A stretch of DNA of 43,472 nucleotides, from contig CALLBH010000154.1 in assembly GCA_938001945.1 (NCBI GenBank), forward strand, positions 1-43,472. The letters run 5' to 3'. Both the position numbers and the translations under genes were made by a program. Positions 13,366-23,576 of the stretch are shown here, one piece after another. The notes beneath the pieces were generated by a model that ran no database searches, was not told the origin of the DNA, and was given only the letters and a program-made list of their open reading frames with translations. Each line of letters opens with the position of its first letter. The first letter of the stretch is position 1. The stretch is from an uncultured Robiginitomaculum sp. (GTDB lineage Bacteria; Pseudomonadota; Alphaproteobacteria; Caulobacterales; Maricaulaceae).

Positions 13366-14994
13366 ATGCAAGGCTTAATGATGAAGCACGAGCTTATGAT
13401 CAGCGATCTGATTGAGCACGCGGCAAATGTGCATCGCAACCAAGAAATCTACACGCTTGAAACGGATATGAGCGAGCATCGCTACACATGGGCCGATTGC
13501 GCCGTGCGCGTTCGCAAATTGGCCAATGCTTTGCTTGCGTCGGGTGTCCAAAAGGGTGATCGCGTCGCAACGATCGCATGGAATAATTATCGCCACGTCG
13601 AAATTTACTACGCGGTTAGCTCTATTGGCGCGATTGTTCACACCATCAACCCCCGCCTCAAGCCTGAACAAATTGCATGGATGATTGGCCATGCAGAAGA
13701 CAGATATCTCATGTTTGATACGACCTTCGCTCCAATCATCAATGGCGTTCACGGTCTATGTAAATCGGTTAAAAAATTCATTTGCCTAACTGATGATGCC
13801 GGAATGCCAGAATTTAAATGCGACGCGGTTAGTTATGAGAGTTTTATCGCCGATGCGTCCGAGGAAATTGAGTGGGAACGTTTTGATGAAAACACAGCCT
13901 GCACATTGTGCTATACATCCGGAACAACCGGTGACCCCAAGGGCGTGCTTTACTCGCACCGCTCTACAATCCTTCACGCCATGGCCGGCTCTTTCCAAGA
14001 CGTCATTGGCGGCGGATCAAATGACACAATCCTAGCGGTTGTGCCGATGTTCCACGTTAGCGCCTGGGGCCTTGTCTATTCTGCCGCTATGGTCGGCGCA
14101 AAAATTGTGATGCCCGGACCGGGCCTTGACGGCGCAAATCTAACCAAGATGATCAACCAAGAGGGAGTGACATTAATGGCGGGCGTGCCTACCGTTTGGC
14201 TGGGCATTTACAACCACGTCAAAGCCAATAATGAGAGCCTCCCAACGGTGAAGAAAGCCCTCGTCGGCGGCTCTGCCCTACCCGAGTCCCTGCTTCGTAA
14301 ATATGAGCAAGATCTCGGCATTCCCATGCAGCAAGGCTGGGGCATGACAGAGACATCTCCGCTCGGCACGACCTACTCTAAATACCCCAGCGCAGATCAT
14401 AAAAACTATGACGATACTGTCGCGGATAAGCTTTATGCGGGCCGCCGCATTTTTGGCGTCGATATGCGTATCGTTGATGATGAAGGCAATATCCTGCCCG
14501 AAGACGGCGAGGCCGAGGGGCATCTTCAAGTGCGCGGGCCTTGGATTGCTAGCGGCTATTTCAAAGGTGCAGGCGCAGATAGTTTCACTGATGATGGCTG
14601 GTTTGCCACTGGCGACGTGTCAAAGCTGCATCCGCGCGGCTACATGGAAATAACAGACCGCTCCAAAGACGTCATTAAATCTGGCGGCGAGTGGGTCAGC
14701 TCCATCGAAGTTGAGAACGCAGCCTCCGATCACCCAGACGTCGCGATGGCGGCTTGTATCGGCGTGCGCCACGAAAAATGGCAAGAACGCCCCATGCTGA
14801 TCGTGCAGCCTGTCCCAGGCAAAACGCCGGATAAAGACGAGATCAAGAAATGCATCGCCGCGAAATGCGCGAAATGGTGGATGCCGGATGCGATTGAATT
14901 TGTCGAAGCCCTTCCGCTTGGCGCAACGGGCAAAGTCCTAAAGCGCGAGCTTAAAATTCAGTATAAAGACTACGATCTGGAAAAAGCTGGCTAA
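13366..14994 (+). CDS. Medium/long-chain acyl-CoA ligase (AlkK/DmdB-like)
   Basis: YTSGTTGDPKG, GWGMTETSP, TGD, DRSKDVIKSGGEW, catalytic Lys in TGKVLK. Substrate cannot be assigned. Confidence 0.88.
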   Translation: MQGLMMKHELMISDLIEHAANVHRNQEIYTLETDMSEHRYTWADCAVRVRKLANALLASGVQKGDRVATIAWNNYRHVEIYYAVSSIGAIVHTINPRLKPEQIAWMIGHAEDRYLMFDTTFAPIINGVHGLCKSVKKFICLTDDAGMPEFKCDAVSYESFIADASEEIEWERFDENTACTLCYTSGTTGDPKGVLYSHRSTILHAMAGSFQDVIGGGSNDTILAVVPMFHVSAWGLVYSAAMVGAKIVMPGPGLDGANLTKMINQEGVTLMAGVPTVWLGIYNHVKANNESLPTVKKALVGGSALPESLLRKYEQDLGIPMQQGWGMTETSPLGTTYSKYPSADHKNYDDTVADKLYAGRRIFGVDMRIVDDEGNILPEDGEAEGHLQVRGPWIASGYFKGAGADSFTDDGWFATGDVSKLHPRGYMEITDRSKDVIKSGGEWVSSIEVENAASDHPDVAMAACIGVRHEKWQERPMLIVQPVPGKTPDKDEIKKCIAAKCAKWWMPDAIEFVEALPLGATGKVLKRELKIQYKDYDLEKAG

Positions 14995-16271
14995 ACTTCG
15001 CCTTCTTTACCTTCGCCTATACCGAAGAGCTTACCCTTTTCGGTATAGGTAATAATCACCAATGATCCCAATCCAAGACAGACAAAGCCGATCATGATTG
15101 GAACAACGCTGCCGTCAAAACGGCTGGCGACAATATATCCAAAGATGGTCGCGACAAAACTCGTCGAGAAACCATAAACCGCACTCGCCGTGCCTGCGAT
15201 ATTACCTTGTGCTTCCATAGCAATGGCGGAGAAATTCGCCCCCATCATACCAAAGCATCCAAAGACAACACAAAAGAGCGGTAAGAAAACATATAGATTT
15301 GGCCCAACAATGCTCATGGTAATGGCTGTCACGGCAGACATGATTATGAATATAATCAAGACTGTATGGCTAATCCGGCGCATTCCCGTTCGCTCAACAA
15401 GACGTGAGTTGGAAAAGTTCGAAAGCGCCAATGATCCGGCAATAATCGCAAACCACAATGCAAATTGTTCACCGCGTTCGAACACATCGTCAAAAATTTG
15501 TTCACTCGCGGCGATGAATGCAAAGAGTGACCCAAAAATTACGCCGCTAGCCGCCATATATCCACATGTCATACGCGTCGTTAAAACAGTCCAGAAACTC
15601 TTTCCAACTTTTGCTACATTTAGTTTTTGGCGATCCGCTTCGGCTAATGTTTCGGGCAATCTAAAATGCGTCCACGCCATGAGCGCAATCGCGCCGATCG
15701 CCGTAACGCCGAATGTCCATCGCCAGTCTGCAAACACCATAATGCTTTGCCCAATGGCTGGCGCGATGATCGGCACAATCATGAAAACCGTCATGACGAG
15801 AGACATGACCTTGGCCATGGCGCGTCCCGCCATAAGATCGCGCACTACGGAAACGCCGATTACCCGAACGCCAGAGGCAAATACGCCTTGGGTAAAACGC
15901 GCAAGTAACAGTAGACCAAAAGTTGGCGCGGCCATGCAGGCAAACCCAGCTAACGCATAGCCAATCAGACTCAAATTAAGCAGCGCCTTACGCCCAAATC
16001 GATCACTGACCGGACCAAAGATTAGCTGCGGCGCACCGAACCCTAAGATATAAGCAAAGAGCACAAGCTGCTGATCATTTTCCTCCGCGAGCGCGAAATG
16101 TTCGCCGATTTCACCGAGTGCCGGCAGCATGATATCAATGGCCAAAGCATTAAGCGCTATCATGCACGCAACCATCGTTACAAATTCCCATACCGGCATA
16201 GGAAGTTTTGCATCTGACAAGCGCTGAATTCCGACGGGATCTCTCATGAATGCGCTATGCGCCTGTTCCAA
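14991..16271 (-). CDS. Bcr/CflA-family MFS efflux transporter
   Basis: About 12 TM helices; AIDIMLPAL, motif A GPVSDRFGRK, LPETL. Start uncertain (16271 or 16247). Confidence 0.88.
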   Translation of the reverse strand: MEQAHSAFMRDPVGIQRLSDAKLPMPVWEFVTMVACMIALNALAIDIMLPALGEIGEHFALAEENDQQLVLFAYILGFGAPQLIFGPVSDRFGRKALLNLSLIGYALAGFACMAAPTFGLLLLARFTQGVFASGVRVIGVSVVRDLMAGRAMAKVMSLVMTVFMIVPIIAPAIGQSIMVFADWRWTFGVTAIGAIALMAWTHFRLPETLAEADRQKLNVAKVGKSFWTVLTTRMTCGYMAASGVIFGSLFAFIAASEQIFDDVFERGEQFALWFAIIAGSLALSNFSNSRLVERTGMRRISHTVLIIFIIMSAVTAITMSIVGPNLYVFLPLFCVVFGCFGMMGANFSAIAMEAQGNIAGTASAVYGFSTSFVATIFGYIVASRFDGSVVPIMIGFVCLGLGSLVIITYTEKGKLFGIGEGKEGEV

Positions 16272-16409
16272 TTGCCGCGCAAGGCATAGCTGCCCTGCCG
16301 AAATGCGGCACTTTAATCTATTGATCTCATTCCATCATAATAAAGCCTTGCAAAACTGCGGTGAAGCTTTTCATATGAATAACCTTAACACCTCCAATAC
16401 TGGTTGCTC

Positions 16410-17447
16410 ATGTCTACACTCGATATATTCCAAACAGAGATTACGCCAATTAAGGTCGTTGAAAATATAACGCGTGACATCTTTGACAATAGCATTCGCC
16501 CATCAGCGCAGCCTGTCATTATGCGAGGCCTCGTTGGAGACTGGCCATCCGTACGAGCCGGTAAAACATCGCATCACGCTCTTGGTGACTACATTAAAGC
16601 GCAAGCGAGTGCCGCTCCAACGCCAACATATATTGGCGCGCCAGATGTTGCCGGACGTTATTTTTACAACGCAGATATGAGCGGTTTTAATTTTACAAAA
16701 CGCAATATTCCGCTGCCGCCGACAATTGATAAACTCTTGTCACAACTGACCGAAGACGCGCCGATGGGTATTTATGCAGGCGCGACATCGACGGCGAACT
16801 CTGTTCCTGATTTTGGTAAGAATAATTCTATGCCGCTTGTCGATGACGCCGTCGAGCCGCTTATGTGGGTCGGTAACTCCGCGCGTATCGCGCCGCATTT
16901 TGATACAGACGAAAATATTGCATGTTGCGTTGCCGGAGCGCGACGGTTTCTGTTATTTCCTCCAGAGCAATTAAAGAACCTCTATGTCGGGCCACTTGAC
17001 CGCACAATGGCTGGTCCCCCAGCAAGCCTTGTTGATCCTCGTAACATTGATTTAGACACATATCCTGCCTTCGAAGCCGCCATGTTATCGGCGAGGCTTG
17101 CCGAACTTAAGCCTGGAGATGCCATCTATATTCCGTGTCTTTGGTGGCATTATGTCGAGTCGGACGGACCGCTTAATGTGCTTGTTAATTATTGGTGGAA
17201 TGATACGCGTTCTGATGAAATTATGAGCAGCCTTGCTTTGGCATTATTGCTTATACGCGAACGCCCGCTTGCTGAGCGCAACGCTTGGAAGAATTTGTTT
17301 GACCATTATGTCTTTGGTGAAGACGCTCAAAATGTTGTCGACCATGTCCCCAAAGCAGCTCGCGGATTTCTTGGCCCCAAATCACCCCAAAGAGATGAGT
17401 ATATGAAAAACTATCTGCGCGCAAAACTCAGCGAAACCTTACGTTAG
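16410..17447 (+). CDS. JmjC/cupin-like (Cupin_8-type) Fe(II)/2-oxoglutarate dioxygenase
   Basis: PVIMRG...WP; HxD...H triad (APHFD...WWHYVES); LKPGDAIYIP; VNYWW. Confidence 0.82.
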   Translation: MSTLDIFQTEITPIKVVENITRDIFDNSIRPSAQPVIMRGLVGDWPSVRAGKTSHHALGDYIKAQASAAPTPTYIGAPDVAGRYFYNADMSGFNFTKRNIPLPPTIDKLLSQLTEDAPMGIYAGATSTANSVPDFGKNNSMPLVDDAVEPLMWVGNSARIAPHFDTDENIACCVAGARRFLLFPPEQLKNLYVGPLDRTMAGPPASLVDPRNIDLDTYPAFEAAMLSARLAELKPGDAIYIPCLWWHYVESDGPLNVLVNYWWNDTRSDEIMSSLALALLLIRERPLAERNAWKNLFDHYVFGEDAQNVVDHVPKAARGFLGPKSPQRDEYMKNYLRAKLSETLR

Positions 17448-17449
17448 AT

Positions 17450-18589
17450 ATGAGCAATGCCACCAAATTTGAGATATTCCTTAGCACCGCACCCGGACTT
17501 GAAAAAATCCTGCGCGCCGAGGCGATTGAACTCGGATATAAGAACGCAAAGAGCATAAGCGGCGGCGTGACATTTTGGGGTGATTGGAGCGATGTCTGGC
17601 GCGCAAATTTATGCTTTCGCGGCGCTTCAAAAGTGCTTGTTCGTATCGGTCAATTTCGCGCACTTCACCTGGCACAGCTTGACAAGCGTGCGCGCAAATT
17701 CGCATGGGGCAATATTTTGACGCCAAGCCACTCAATTAAAGTGGAAGTTGTCACAGGTAAGCAAAACAAAATCTATCATGCTGGCGCCGCCCAAGAGCGA
17801 ATTGAAAAAGCCATATCCAAAGAGTTTAGGTCTCCAATCGCAGCGTCTTTGGACGACGCTGATATTGTGATTAAAGCTAGGATTAAAAAAGACAATGTTA
17901 TTCTGTCCGTCGATACATCTGGTGAAGGTCTTCATAAACGCGGCTATAAACAGGCCATGGGCAAAGCCCCTTTGCGCGAAACGATGGCGGCAAATTTATT
18001 ACGCAATTGCGGATATAACGGGGACGAAACAGTGCTAGACCCGATGTGCGGATCTGGAACCTTTATTATTGAAGCAGCGCAAATTGCAGCGGGGCTAATG
18101 CCGGGCCGAAACAGACGTTTTGCCTTTGAGAAGCTAGCCACATTTGACACCGCTGCTGTGGCTCAAATTAAACGGGATTGGGACGAAGCGCGCCCTACCC
18201 GTTCAAATCTACCAAAATTTTACGGCTCTGATCGCAATGATAAAGTCACTGAATTTTCCAGAAGCAATGCCAAGCGCGCAGGTGTTGGGCATATCTGTTC
18301 ATTTACGCCTATGGCGATTTCGAATGTTACGCCCCCTGAAGGCTCGCCTGGATTAGTCATCGTCAACCCGCCATACGGGTCACGCATTGGAAATAAGAAA
18401 GAGCTCTTCTCGCTCTACAGCGCTTTTGGAAGTGTCATGCGCGAGCGCTTTAGCGGCTGGCGTGTTGGGATGGTGACATCAGATACGTTGCTCGCCGAAG
18501 CTACAAAATTGCCTTGGGAGCCCCGAAATGTACCCATCGCCCATGGCGGATTGAAGATAAAATTGTTTCAAACGAAAGCTTTAGTGTAA
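17450..18589 (+). CDS. THUMP-domain class I SAM-dependent RNA methyltransferase (RlmL-like)
   Basis: SVDTSGEGLHKRGY, APLRETMAA, DPMCGSGT, NPPYG. Confidence 0.88.
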   Translation: MSNATKFEIFLSTAPGLEKILRAEAIELGYKNAKSISGGVTFWGDWSDVWRANLCFRGASKVLVRIGQFRALHLAQLDKRARKFAWGNILTPSHSIKVEVVTGKQNKIYHAGAAQERIEKAISKEFRSPIAASLDDADIVIKARIKKDNVILSVDTSGEGLHKRGYKQAMGKAPLRETMAANLLRNCGYNGDETVLDPMCGSGTFIIEAAQIAAGLMPGRNRRFAFEKLATFDTAAVAQIKRDWDEARPTRSNLPKFYGSDRNDKVTEFSRSNAKRAGVGHICSFTPMAISNVTPPEGSPGLVIVNPPYGSRIGNKKELFSLYSAFGSVMRERFSGWRVGMVTSDTLLAEATKLPWEPRNVPIAHGGLKIKLFQTKALV

Positions 18590-18636
18590 ATTGACATTCG
18601 TCTAGCCGAATTAAAATTTGATGCAGCCCATTCTGA

Positions 18637-19314
18637 CTACTCTTTGAATGTGCTAAATTCGCTAAGGTCTTTCTTAATGAGCGCATGAGCCGGAACGGTG
18701 CATCCATCTGCGGGGTGACCGACAACCATAAGCACGAAAGGCTTTTCTGTTTTTGGCCGCTCACAGATTTCAGTAAGGAAACCCATGGGCGCAGGCGTAT
18801 GGGTGAGCGTCCCGAGGCCAGCACTATGCAGCGCCGTAATGAGCATGCCTGTGGCGAGCCCTACAGACTCGGTCACGTAATAGTTCTTTTTGTCCTGCCC
18901 GCTGGCTTCTCCGCCGCGGCGCTGCGCGAAGACGGCGATCAGCCACGGCGCGGTTTCAAGGAACGGTTTGCTTGCGTCTGTGCCAAGCGGGGCGAGCGCG
19001 TCGAGCCATTCCTCGCTGGCGCGGCCGCCGTAAAATTCTGCCTCTTCGGCTTCGGCGGCAATGCGGATTTTGCCTTTAATGTCGGGATTGGAAATCGCCA
19101 CAAAATGCCAAGGTTGGTGATTGGCCCCGCTTGGCGCCGTGCCCGCCGCGCGAATACAGGTCTCAATCAATTCACGCGATACGGGTTTGTCGCTGAAATC
19201 ACGAATGGAACGGCGTTTTAATAATGTGTCGAGAACGCCCTGCGCGCTGGCTCGCATCGCGTCGTCTGACCGCAGTTTGTATCCCTCTAGTGGGACATGA
19301 ATCTCGTCGCTCAC
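18637..19314 (-). CDS. Nitroreductase-fold flavoprotein, iodotyrosine-deiodinase (IYD)-like
   Basis: [18 protein letters not shown], lid segment EEAEFY...W...LAPLGT...[20 protein letters not shown]. Confidence 0.82.
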   Translation of the reverse strand: MSDEIHVPLEGYKLRSDDAMRASAQGVLDTLLKRRSIRDFSDKPVSRELIETCIRAAGTAPSGANHQPWHFVAISNPDIKGKIRIAAEAEEAEFYGGRASEEWLDALAPLGTDASKPFLETAPWLIAVFAQRRGGEASGQDKKNYYVTESVGLATGMLITALHSAGLGTLTHTPAPMGFLTEICERPKTEKPFVLMVVGHPADGCTVPAHALIKKDLSEFSTFKE

Positions 19315-20357
19315 AGCTGCGTCCAGTCGAGAATGACTTTACCGGTCTTGCCCGTTTCCATCAGATCGAAAGCCTGCTGGAAATCTTTGGCGGCAAAGCG
19401 GTGCGTAATGAGCGGGCTCACATCCAGGCCGCTATCAATCATCGCCAGCATTTTATACCATGTTTCATACATTTGGCGGCCATATATTCCGCGCAAAGTC
19501 AACGCTTTGCCAACCACTTTACCAAGGTCAACAGGATAGGGTTTTGACGGAATACCGAGCATGGCGATATTGCCGCCCATCAGCATACAGTCGAGCATTT
19601 GGTTAAAGGCCGGCTCAGCGCCGCTCATCTCGAGGCCAACATCAAAGCCTTCTTTCAGGCCAATGTCGGTCATGACATCGCGCAGCTCTTCGTTCATAGT
19701 ATTCACCATGCGCGTACGTGTTGTTAGCGTTTTGGCAAAATCGAGCCGCCAGTCATTAATGTCCGTCAAAACGACGCGGCGCGCGCCCGCGCGTTCTGCG
19801 ATCGCAGCGGCCATTATCCCAATCGGGCCAGCCCCCGTAATCAGAACATCTTCGCCGACAAGATCAAAAGAGAGCGCCGTATGAACAGCATTGCCCAGCG
19901 GGTCGAGAATGGAGGCAATCTCCAGCGGGAAGTCATTGCCCAGCGGAATGACGTTAAATTCCGGCAGCGCCAGATATTGCGCAAATGCGCCCGGCAAGTT
20001 CACACCAATCCCTTTGGTATCAGGATCAAGATGGAACCGCCCTGCTCTGGCGTTGCGTGATTTGCGGCCAACAACATGGCCTTCACCGGAGACGCGGTCG
20101 CCAACTTTTACGCGGGTCACAGTCGACCCAACAGCCGCAACATGCCCGCCATATTCATGGCCAACAACGAGCGGAACAGGCACATTTTTCTGCGCCCATT
20201 CATCCCATTTATAGATGTGCATATCGGTGCCGCATATCGCCGTGCGCTCAATTTTAATCAGCACTTCATTGGGCGCAATTTCGGGCCAGGGGACGTCCTG
20301 CATCCACAAGCCTTTTTCCGATTTGGCTTTAACCAACGCCTTCATTGTTTTGGTCAT
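19311..20357 (-). CDS. tdh: L-threonine 3-dehydrogenase
   Basis: [40 protein letters not shown]; adjacent to kbl. Confidence 0.95.
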   Translation of the reverse strand: MTKTMKALVKAKSEKGLWMQDVPWPEIAPNEVLIKIERTAICGTDMHIYKWDEWAQKNVPVPLVVGHEYGGHVAAVGSTVTRVKVGDRVSGEGHVVGRKSRNARAGRFHLDPDTKGIGVNLPGAFAQYLALPEFNVIPLGNDFPLEIASILDPLGNAVHTALSFDLVGEDVLITGAGPIGIMAAAIAERAGARRVVLTDINDWRLDFAKTLTTRTRMVNTMNEELRDVMTDIGLKEGFDVGLEMSGAEPAFNQMLDCMLMGGNIAMLGIPSKPYPVDLGKVVGKALTLRGIYGRQMYETWYKMLAMIDSGLDVSPLITHRFAAKDFQQAFDLMETGKTGKVILDWTQL

Positions 20358-21562
20358 GAAATCACTCCGAGATCTTTGCCGACTTTGGTGAAGGCGGCGA
20401 TGGCGCGGTCGATATGAGCGGGCGTATGGGCCGCGCTCATTTGGGTGCGGATGCGCGCATTGCCTTTGGCCACAACAGGGAAGAAGAAGCCAATGACATA
20501 TATGCCTTCGTCGAGTAATTTCGCCGCAAATTTCTGCGCAAGGTCAGCCTCATACAACATGACTGGAATGATCGGGTGGTCGCCGGGTTGAAGGTCAAAT
20601 CCTGCCGCACTCATACCTTTGCGGAACCGCGCGGCATTGCGTTTTATTTGCGCGCGCAATGCATCGCCCTGCTCTGCCATTTCAATGGCTTTCAGGCTCG
20701 CACCAACCAGCGACGGCGCGAGGCTATTTGAGAACAGATAAGGTCGCGATTTTTGACGCAGCATATCAACCACTTCTTGCTTGGCGCATGTAAAGCCGCC
20801 CATGCCGCCGCCCAGTGCTTTACCGAGTGTTCCAGTCAGAATATCAACACGGCCTAGCGCGCCCGTATGCTCCGCGCTGCCGCGCCCGCCCTCGCCCATA
20901 AAGCCTGTCGCGTGGCAATCATCGACCATGACGAGCGCTTCATATTTATCAGCAAGGTCACAGATTTCCGGCAACTTTGCGACAAAGCCGTCCATCGAAA
21001 ACACGCCGTCCGTCGCAATCATCACGCGCCGCGCTCCGGCGTCGCGCGCCGCTTTAAGCTGCGTCTCAAGATCAGCCATATCAGAATTGGCGTAACGATA
21101 ACGCGCGGCTTTGCACAGGCGGATGCCGTCAATAATAGAGGCATGATTCAGGCTATCGGACACAATCACGTCTTCTTTGCCCAGTAGGGGTTCGAACACG
21201 CCGCCATTCGCATCGAAACATGCCGCATAGAGAATGGTGTCATCATAACCCAGCCAGCTGGCTAGCTTTTGCTCAAGCTCTCTGTGCTGCCCTTGCGTCC
21301 CGCAGATAAAGCGCACACTCGCCATCCCGTAGCCATGTTCATCCAGCGCATCTTTGCCCGCCTTAATCAGCTCTGGCGCGTCGGCAAGCCCGAGATAATT
21401 GTTGGCGCAGAAGTTAAGCACTTCGCGCGTCTGTCCGTCTTCGGTCACGGTAATTTCAACGGCCTGTTTGCTGGTGATCAAACGCTCAGTCTTATACATC
21501 CCCGCATCGGCGATATCGGTAAGTTCTTGCGACAGATCTTGGTAGAATTGATTACGGTTCAT
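20354..21562 (-). CDS. kbl: Glycine C-acetyltransferase (2-amino-3-ketobutyrate CoA ligase)
   Basis: [49 protein letters not shown] at 21562 with an AAGGA RBS. Confidence 0.95.
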   Translation of the reverse strand: MNRNQFYQDLSQELTDIADAGMYKTERLITSKQAVEITVTEDGQTREVLNFCANNYLGLADAPELIKAGKDALDEHGYGMASVRFICGTQGQHRELEQKLASWLGYDDTILYAACFDANGGVFEPLLGKEDVIVSDSLNHASIIDGIRLCKAARYRYANSDMADLETQLKAARDAGARRVMIATDGVFSMDGFVAKLPEICDLADKYEALVMVDDCHATGFMGEGGRGSAEHTGALGRVDILTGTLGKALGGGMGGFTCAKQEVVDMLRQKSRPYLFSNSLAPSLVGASLKAIEMAEQGDALRAQIKRNAARFRKGMSAAGFDLQPGDHPIIPVMLYEADLAQKFAAKLLDEGIYVIGFFFPVVAKGNARIRTQMSAAHTPAHIDRAIAAFTKVGKDLGVIS

Positions 21563-21661
21563 GACATGCTTCCTTTTTGCTGTGCTAACAGGATTGGCGC
21601 GCAATTAAAATGCTCTGTGGATATATGTTCGGGGTGAAATTTTCGAATAGACTTTTTGCAT

Positions 21662-21676
21662 GTTCGTGATATGTTC
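21662..21676 (+). promoter_or_regulatory. LexA (SOS) box, alphaproteobacterial type
   Basis: GTTC-GTGATAT-GTTC is an exact GTTC-N7-GTTC, ending 5 nt before the polymerase ATG. Confidence 0.85.
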
Positions 21677-21681
21677 TTTTA

Positions 21682-22986
21682 ATGAGACAGCGCGAAGCCC
21701 CGACAGAATTACAAACGCTTTACATCGATTTCGATGCCTTCTTCGCCAATGTCGAAAAGCAAGACAATCCCGCGCTTCATGGTCGCCCTGTTGGGGTGCA
21801 GCCTTTTGACTCTGAGCATTCAGGCGTCATCGCCTGTTGCTACCAAGCCAAGGCCGCGGGGATAAAACGCGGAACGCGGACGAAAGAATGCCGCGAGCTT
21901 TGTCCTGAGATTACCCTGCTCCCCGCGCGTCATGATGTATATGTCGATTATCACGCGCGGATTATTAAAAGCATTGAGAAACATCTTGTCGTCGAAAAGG
22001 TTTGGTCGATTGACGAGATGGAATGTGATCTGCGCGGATTTACCCGCCAGCAAGCCATCAATATTGCGCGGCGCATTCAAGAAGATATCGCCAAAGACAT
22101 TGGTAAGTATGTTACGCCGTCAATCGGACTAGCGAGCAATCAATTGCTAGCAAAAATCGCCTCTGAGATGGAAAAACCCAACGGCTTTGTTGTGCTCCAT
22201 CCGCGCGATATGCCCGGAAAATTATTGGATGTTCCGCTCGAAGACATTCCGGGAATCGCCAAAGGTAATTTACGGCGCTTAGACGATGCCGGGATTTGGA
22301 CCGTGGAACAGTTGCTCGCTATATCCAATAAACAGGCCCGGGCACTTTGGGGTAATATTGAAGGCGAACGGCTTCTCACACAGCTTAAGGGATTTTCTAT
22401 TATTCGCGAGCCCACGACGCGGCGCATGTTCGGACATGGGCGCATTTTGACGCGCGAATGGTCATATCCTGACCGCGCCAAAGAATGCCTTCGCCTGCTC
22501 ACCTGCAAGGCCGCGCGGCGGTTACGCGCGAATGGGTTTTACGCGCGCAAACTTTCTGTCTCCCTCTCTTTCACGGATGGGCAGCGCCTTGGCATTGAAC
22601 GACAATTCTCGCCGTCGCGAGATGATTTTAGGTTTGTCGGCGAGATGAGTGAGGCCTTCACGGCAATGGTCAAAGCCTCGCGCAGCAAACGGATTAAGCG
22701 CATTGCCGTCACTCTACATGGCCTGTCCAAACCTCAAGAAACATCAGGTGATTTATTTACGTGGCGTGAGGACGACGCGAAATCAAAAGCCCGCGAGAAA
22801 CTCAGCGATATAATGGACGGTATAAATGCCAAATCCGGACAGGCGCTTATCCATCTTGGTCCCCGCGAGGAACCGCCCGGCGGGTATGCCGGCGCCAAAA
22901 TTGCCTTTGGACGCGTCCCCACCAAAGAGGACTTTGTTAAACCGACTATGAAGCGGAAAAAGAAACGCCTACAATCGCGCGCATGA
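21682..22986 (+). CDS. Y-family (DinB/UmuC-like) translesion DNA polymerase
   Basis: Catalytic motifs YIDFDAFFA and SIDE intact; AKIASEMEKPNG; possible clamp motif (SGDLF). Confidence 0.9.
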   Translation: MRQREAPTELQTLYIDFDAFFANVEKQDNPALHGRPVGVQPFDSEHSGVIACCYQAKAAGIKRGTRTKECRELCPEITLLPARHDVYVDYHARIIKSIEKHLVVEKVWSIDEMECDLRGFTRQQAINIARRIQEDIAKDIGKYVTPSIGLASNQLLAKIASEMEKPNGFVVLHPRDMPGKLLDVPLEDIPGIAKGNLRRLDDAGIWTVEQLLAISNKQARALWGNIEGERLLTQLKGFSIIREPTTRRMFGHGRILTREWSYPDRAKECLRLLTCKAARRLRANGFYARKLSVSLSFTDGQRLGIERQFSPSRDDFRFVGEMSEAFTAMVKASRSKRIKRIAVTLHGLSKPQETSGDLFTWREDDAKSKAREKLSDIMDGINAKSGQALIHLGPREEPPGGYAGAKIAFGRVPTKEDFVKPTMKRKKKRLQSRA

Positions 22987-23576
22987 GCCAAGCCAAATTA
23001 GATATTTTACTCCGCGATATTCGCGCCTGCACATTTTGCGAAACGGCGAGCCCGCCTCTGCCGCATAAAGCGCGGCCCATATGCATTGGTACGTCGAAAT
23101 CTAAAATCCGTATCATCGGCCAAGCCCCAGGCAATCTGGTCAACATATCAGGCAAGCCCTTTGATGACCCAAGCGGTGTTCGTCTGCGTGAATGGCTGGG
23201 CGTGGATGAAGCGCAATTTTACAATGCAGATCTTTTTGCGATCACGCCAACGGGGTTTTGTTTCCCAGGTTATGACAAAAACAAAGGCGATTTGCCCCCG
23301 CGCAAAGAATGCGCGCCGCTGTGGCAAGATAAATTAGACGCGGCGATGGCGGGCATCCCGCTGACATTACTCGTCGGCGGATACGCGCAGAAATGGGTAC
23401 TGGGCAAAGACGCCAAACGCACGCTGACGGACACTGTTAAACATTGGCGCGATTATGGCCCGAATACAATTCCGCTGCCCCATCCGTCATGGCGAAATAA
23501 TGGCTGGATTAAAAAGCATGACTGGTTTGCTGACGTTATTGAGCATCTACAAGAAAGAGTCGCCAGTTTAATTTAG
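22983..23576 (+). CDS. Uracil-DNA glycosylase superfamily protein (family-4-like)
   Basis: GQAPG, PFDDPSG, LPHPSWRN; Cys pattern CxxC...C-x16-C; ATGA overlap with the polymerase stop. Confidence 0.85.
   Translation: MSQAKLDILLRDIRACTFCETASPPLPHKARPICIGTSKSKIRIIGQAPGNLVNISGKPFDDPSGVRLREWLGVDEAQFYNADLFAITPTGFCFPGYDKNKGDLPPRKECAPLWQDKLDAAMAGIPLTLLVGGYAQKWVLGKDAKRTLTDTVKHWRDYGPNTIPLPHPSWRNNGWIKKHDWFADVIEHLQERVASLI

Noticed and set aside
13366-14994. Acyl-CoA ligase as the DMSP-pathway enzyme DmdB
   Set aside because: The family resemblance is real, but no dmdA/dmdC/dmdD neighbours are present and specificity cannot be read from the sequence.
15190-15960. 256-aa plus-strand ORF and the many other overlapping ORFs in the track
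   Set aside because: They are antisense or alternate-frame shadows of well-supported genes, with no motifs of their own.
21682-23576. imuABC mutasome or UdgX cassette
   Set aside because: The polymerase keeps its catalytic acids (unlike ImuB), there is no imuA or dnaE2, the UDG lacks the UdgX KRRIH loop, and no radical-SAM partner is present.
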